This document shows positions 60,203-64,000 of a stretch of 64,000 bases of DNA, piece after piece (position 1 is the first letter of the stretch; every line of letters begins with the position of its first letter). Origin of the DNA: Promethearchaeota archaeon. Its GTDB lineage: Archaea; Asgardarchaeota; Lokiarchaeia; Sigyniarchaeales; SOKP01. The notes beneath the pieces were generated by a model, which saw only the letters and a program-made list of their open reading frames with translations, ran no database searches and was not told the origin of the DNA. A program made the position numbers and the translations under genes. The stretch covers positions 32,001 through 96,000 of the forward strand of contig JAHLWS010000075.1 in the NCBI GenBank assembly GCA_019057795.1, written 5' to 3'.

Positions 60203-62455
60203 TTAGGTTTTCTTGTAAATAAATCGATCCCAGCTCGAAGTATTAGGTAGATGATCAGGCATGCCTTTACGCTTTCGAATTTCTAGAATTAAATCTTCTT
60301 CTAGACTTTTAGGTACTTTATCAAAACCATCAAATTCGTATCCAAAGAACGCACGTCCTTGAGTAGAACCTCGTATATCATCAGCTATACCAATCGTTTC
60401 AGCAGCAGGAATCGTACCATGAACTCTAACATATTCCCCCTCTGGAATTACGTTCGTAATTCTGCCTCGTCGCTTGGTTATAATCGAGTTCACTGGTCCT
60501 TCTGATCCATCTGGTGTTTTCACATCAATTCTCTGAATAGGTTCAAAAAGATGAGGATCAGCGTCCAACATTGCTAAGGACATAGCAGAGAAAGCCATTC
60601 CAGCAATTTGCCCGTAGGAAGTATGTCGTGTGTCCTCGTGGATAGTCATATCTGTAAATACTATTTTAAAACCTGCAGCTGGTTCTTTTGCAAGAATGCA
60701 CTCTCCAAGCCAATCTCTAAAAGCGGCTGTTAAATAAGATTTTACTTTATCAAATCGTTGTAAACCAGATGTGCCGTTCACAAGTAAGCTTCCTTGGTAA
60801 ACATCTACTATGCGTCTAGCTTCTTTGGCGTCCCAGCCTGCTTCTTCCCTTAAGACTTTTGCCCTATCTTTCTCATTCATCAAATCAGTGATTTTTCCGG
60901 TATCAATTAATTTCTCGGTTGTTTCGTCTAGAGGCTCTATGTATAACAAGATTCGGTTGTGAGTATTGGCAGATTTCGTATAAAATAGTTTACTTCTCTT
61001 GGTAATTTTTTCTCGGTACACTATAATTGGTTCACCGATTAAAATAGGAACTTGGTTATTGATCCGTTTGGTAAGGATTTCAATTTGAAGCGGATCGATT
61101 CCACTTAGAATGAACTCTCCAGATTCTTTGTCCCGCCGATACATTGCAGTAGGATCTGCTTGAAGCCACTTACTTACTACCGTATCTAATTTGTCGATTT
61201 CGTGAGGATCTCGTGGCTTTATACTTCTTGAAACTACGGGTTCGCACGCGTATTGGATTTTTTCAAAAGACGGCAGAAGTTTAGCTTCATTTTTATCCTT
61301 TGGCACATCACTAGCTGACATAAATGTCTCTCCAGAGGGACAAATAAAACCGTATATAGCAAATAAATTTCCTGCAGGAATTTTTGGGATATCTAATAGA
61401 TCTGTAATTTCCATGACACCCAATCTTTTTACTCGATTACTTTTTCTGTTATTTACCAAATAGATAGAGTCCGATAGTCGGAATGTTCCAGAAAAAACCC
61501 TGCCTATTAAAGTTGGTTGATATCCTCTCCTTGGATCTAAAAATATTTTGGTAATCATACCGTATAAAGGACCGTTCGGATCACTCTTTTGAAGCGATTG
61601 TCCTAGTTCTGAGTTGAGATCACCGCCCCAAATATGAGGTATCCTATATTTTGCTGCTTCCACAGGATTGGGTAAATGATCAACTACCATTCTTAACATT
61701 GGCTCGTCGAGTGGAAGATTATCTCTTAACCACTGAATGTCCCCTTCGGTATATTTTGCGAAAACATCTTGTGGTGTTAAACCTTGTTCTAATAATATTT
61801 CGTATGTAAAACCCCATCCGTGCTTAGCTGACCCTACAGCAACGCTGTTTTTAGCAAAATCAACGCTCCATTTAGATCCTTCTGGCCTAATCTTTTTGAT
61901 TAGCTCATTTACTTGTTTTGAAATTTTATCAATTTTCATAAATGTGTCTTCTGGACTCAACTTAAGCTCGCTAATTAAACGATCTACTTTATTGATAAAA
62001 AGAACTGGTTTGCAATACTCTTCACCAACGGCTAATCGGATGTTTGTTTCAGTTTGAGTCATGACCCCTTCTAAAGCATCGACGAGAATTATAGCACCGT
62101 CACTCCCTCTAAGAGCACGCGAGACTTCCCCTGTAAAGGATATGTGTCCCGGCGTATCATTGATTTGAAGGATATATGGCTCATCATCATCAGGCTTTCT
62201 ATGGTCATTAAATGCGAGTAGAACTACACTTGTAAATATAGTAATACCTCTTGCCTGCTCTTCTTCGTCAGAATCAGTCATCTGAAGTTGCCCGGCATCT
62301 TCTTCTCGCATTAAACCTGCACGCCTTAACAAGTAATCGGTAGCGGTAGTTTTGCCATGGTCTATATGCGCCACTATGCTAAACAACCGTTTTTTTTCGT
62401 ATGAACCGGAAGTTATCAGATGCGCAATCTCATCGGGGTTCTTTACTTTAACCAT
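60203..62455 (-). CDS. Elongation factor 2 homolog (divergent, probably a paralog)
   Basis: AHIDHGKTT, RGITI, DTPGH and NKVD motifs with EF-G domains III-V. The diphthamide loop reads HEDTRHTS. Confidence 0.9.
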   Translation of the reverse strand: MVKVKNPDEIAHLITSGSYEKKRLFSIVAHIDHGKTTATDYLLRRAGLMREEDAGQLQMTDSDEEEQARGITIFTSVVLLAFNDHRKPDDDEPYILQINDTPGHISFTGEVSRALRGSDGAIILVDALEGVMTQTETNIRLAVGEEYCKPVLFINKVDRLISELKLSPEDTFMKIDKISKQVNELIKKIRPEGSKWSVDFAKNSVAVGSAKHGWGFTYEILLEQGLTPQDVFAKYTEGDIQWLRDNLPLDEPMLRMVVDHLPNPVEAAKYRIPHIWGGDLNSELGQSLQKSDPNGPLYGMITKIFLDPRRGYQPTLIGRVFSGTFRLSDSIYLVNNRKSNRVKRLGVMEITDLLDIPKIPAGNLFAIYGFICPSGETFMSASDVPKDKNEAKLLPSFEKIQYACEPVVSRSIKPRDPHEIDKLDTVVSKWLQADPTAMYRRDKESGEFILSGIDPLQIEILTKRINNQVPILIGEPIIVYREKITKRSKLFYTKSANTHNRILLYIEPLDETTEKLIDTGKITDLMNEKDRAKVLREEAGWDAKEARRIVDVYQGSLLVNGTSGLQRFDKVKSYLTAAFRDWLGECILAKEPAAGFKIVFTDMTIHEDTRHTSYGQIAGMAFSAMSLAMLDADPHLFEPIQRIDVKTPDGSEGPVNSIITKRRGRITNVIPEGEYVRVHGTIPAAETIGIADDIRGSTQGRAFFGYEFDGFDKVPKSLEEDLILEIRKRKGMPDHLPNTSSWDRFIYKKT

Positions 62456-62620
62456 TGTAAATTCACTTTAAACTACTTTAATTTTTATTTGATTCATTTT
62501 CAATAATTGAGAAGGAAAATACGAGAAAAAATAAAAATTTTATGTATTTAGGCAATAAATTCTCTATTTCAGAACTCCTTGTTTAATTTATTTATTTCTA
62601 TTCAATGTCTTCATCGGAGA

Positions 62621-64000
62621 TTAAACGTGTGGAAGAATCATATTTATCAAAGTGTATGTTGCCCTTTTACCTGAAGTACTTTTGACATTGAAGGATTCTG
62701 AAATATTTACAACTCTTAGATTCTCTGGAATTTTATTTTTGACAAAATCCATTAAAAACTTAAGAAATTCTGTGTAATCTCTTTCAGATTCTATCCATAA
62801 GAATTCGTCCCTTTCAAAAAAGTTTGGATTTTTTTTTCTAAACTTAATAGCATGATTTTTCTCTTTAATTGGAGGTCCTCTTCGTTCGTAATTTTTTGTT
62901 ATATTAGGTTTTTCACAAAATATGGCTATATTATATTCCTCAAGACCATCTTCAAAGTAGACTTCAAATTCTATTTTGCCAAATCGTTCCGCGTGAGAGA
63001 ATTCTTTTTCTCCGTTTGCCTTAATGTTTTCACCGATTGCGTATAATTTATCTCTATTAATGGTATAATGTATCTCGTTATTTTCGTTTTTTAATTCAAC
63101 GATAAAGATTTTAGCTAAGAGAGAATTGTCAATCTTAGAAATCTCAACTTCAGGTATCTTATTAATTTTAAAAAAACTTTTGTTCGGGTTATTCATAAAA
63201 TCCATTATTCTCTGATTACAATACTTAAATGCTTTTTCTGAAATTGCGGAAGCAACATTTCGATTCTTATCTATAGGATCCGTAATGATGATGTAATCGT
63301 TTTGGAAATGTTGAATCTTTCCCAACTCTTTCAAAGTTCTATTGTAATAATCGTTAGGTTTTTCTTTAAGGAATTTGAAATTGTTAAATAGGTTTTGTAG
63401 GGTGTCGTAATAATATATTAGTAACTCTGCACTATACCCAATGAATCCAACTTTTCCTACAGCACTTTTGTCGCCATAACTGTGATTAGCTTTAAAAAAT
63501 TGCTTTAACAACCTAACATCGTTTTTCTGCTCTGGTGATAATTCCTTTTTTATAAAACGACCGTGCCACGGTGATCTATCAACTGCGGTTATAGGTCCAA
63601 ATTTTTTTATATATTCTAATTTTAAATCAAAATAGAGAACAATATCGATCTTAATTTTGATATTATTAATGAAATAATCTACAGTAATGTATGGATGTTC
63701 GGCATATAATAGTCGAGGATTATGAAATTCTTTTAGAATTAATGATTTTTTTATCCAATTATTACACAAATAAAGAAAATCTTTCTTGGACTCTTTTTTT
63801 AACTTATTTTTGCTTAAGCCAGCATATTTTGGGCTATACAGTTCATAATCTAACCCAACAAAGAGATCAATGTCAAAGTCATTTTTTAATTGCGTTTGTT
63901 TGATTCCAGTAGAGCCTTGAGGTTCGATTTTTGTATATTTAAGATTTAACTGCTGAGCTTTTTCATCTAATAATTTCCTGAGTTTTTTAACAATTTCGTT
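62621..64000 (-). CDS. cca: CCA-adding enzyme (class I), 5' end outside the window
   Basis: Frame is open to the window edge (QGSTGIKQTQLKNDFDIDLFV). YAEHPY, AVDRSPWH, GFIGYSAELL and DPID.NRNVA motifs. Confidence 0.92.
   Translation of the reverse strand, partial: NEIVKKLRKLLDEKAQQLNLKYTKIEPQGSTGIKQTQLKNDFDIDLFVGLDYELYSPKYAGLSKNKLKKESKKDFLYLCNNWIKKSLILKEFHNPRLLYAEHPYITVDYFINNIKIKIDIVLYFDLKLEYIKKFGPITAVDRSPWHGRFIKKELSPEQKNDVRLLKQFFKANHSYGDKSAVGKVGFIGYSAELLIYYYDTLQNLFNNFKFLKEKPNDYYNRTLKELGKIQHFQNDYIIITDPIDKNRNVASAISEKAFKYCNQRIMDFMNNPNKSFFKINKIPEVEISKIDNSLLAKIFIVELKNENNEIHYTINRDKLYAIGENIKANGEKEFSHAERFGKIEFEVYFEDGLEEYNIAIFCEKPNITKNYERRGPPIKEKNHAIKFRKKNPNFFERDEFLWIESERDYTEFLKFLMDFVKNKIPENLRVVNISESFNVKSTSGKRATYTLINMILPHV

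Noticed and set aside
62621-63769. cca as an N-terminally truncated gene
   Set aside because: The frame stays open to the window end and includes the GS...DxD catalytic motif.

Overview
This is an AT-rich archaeal chromosomal window, most consistent with an Asgard archaeon (Lokiarchaeia-like). It combines archaeal informational genes (rps6e, rpl24e, rpoN, rpl7ae, rps28e, kae1/bud32, rps27ae, rps24e, spt4, rpoE1, tfb, taw1, an EF-2, cca) with eukaryotic-signature proteins: three Rab-like GTPases, an Arf/Rag-like GTPase, two roadblock/LC7 proteins and a gelsolin-domain protein. Metabolic and transport genes include acyl-CoA enzymes, Fae-Hps, peptidases, a GH3 glycosidase, a heterodimeric ABC exporter and vapBC. 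I found no rRNA, tRNA, CRISPR array or transposase. The most notable observation is in the acetyl-CoA synthetase gene: a 30-nt stop-containing hairpin insert (35876-35905) sits in a bulge-helix-bulge-like fold whose predicted cut sites restore the conserved WQTETGG motif exactly, making it a candidate archaeal-type mRNA intron. Other leads are an unassigned ~245-nt structured RNA (20353-20598), a pseudo-GTPase/SNAP-like repeat protein, a paired-ectodomain membrane-tethered wHTH regulator system, and a degenerate CoA-transferase-GNAT fusion near acs. All assignments come from reading motifs by eye; no searches were run.
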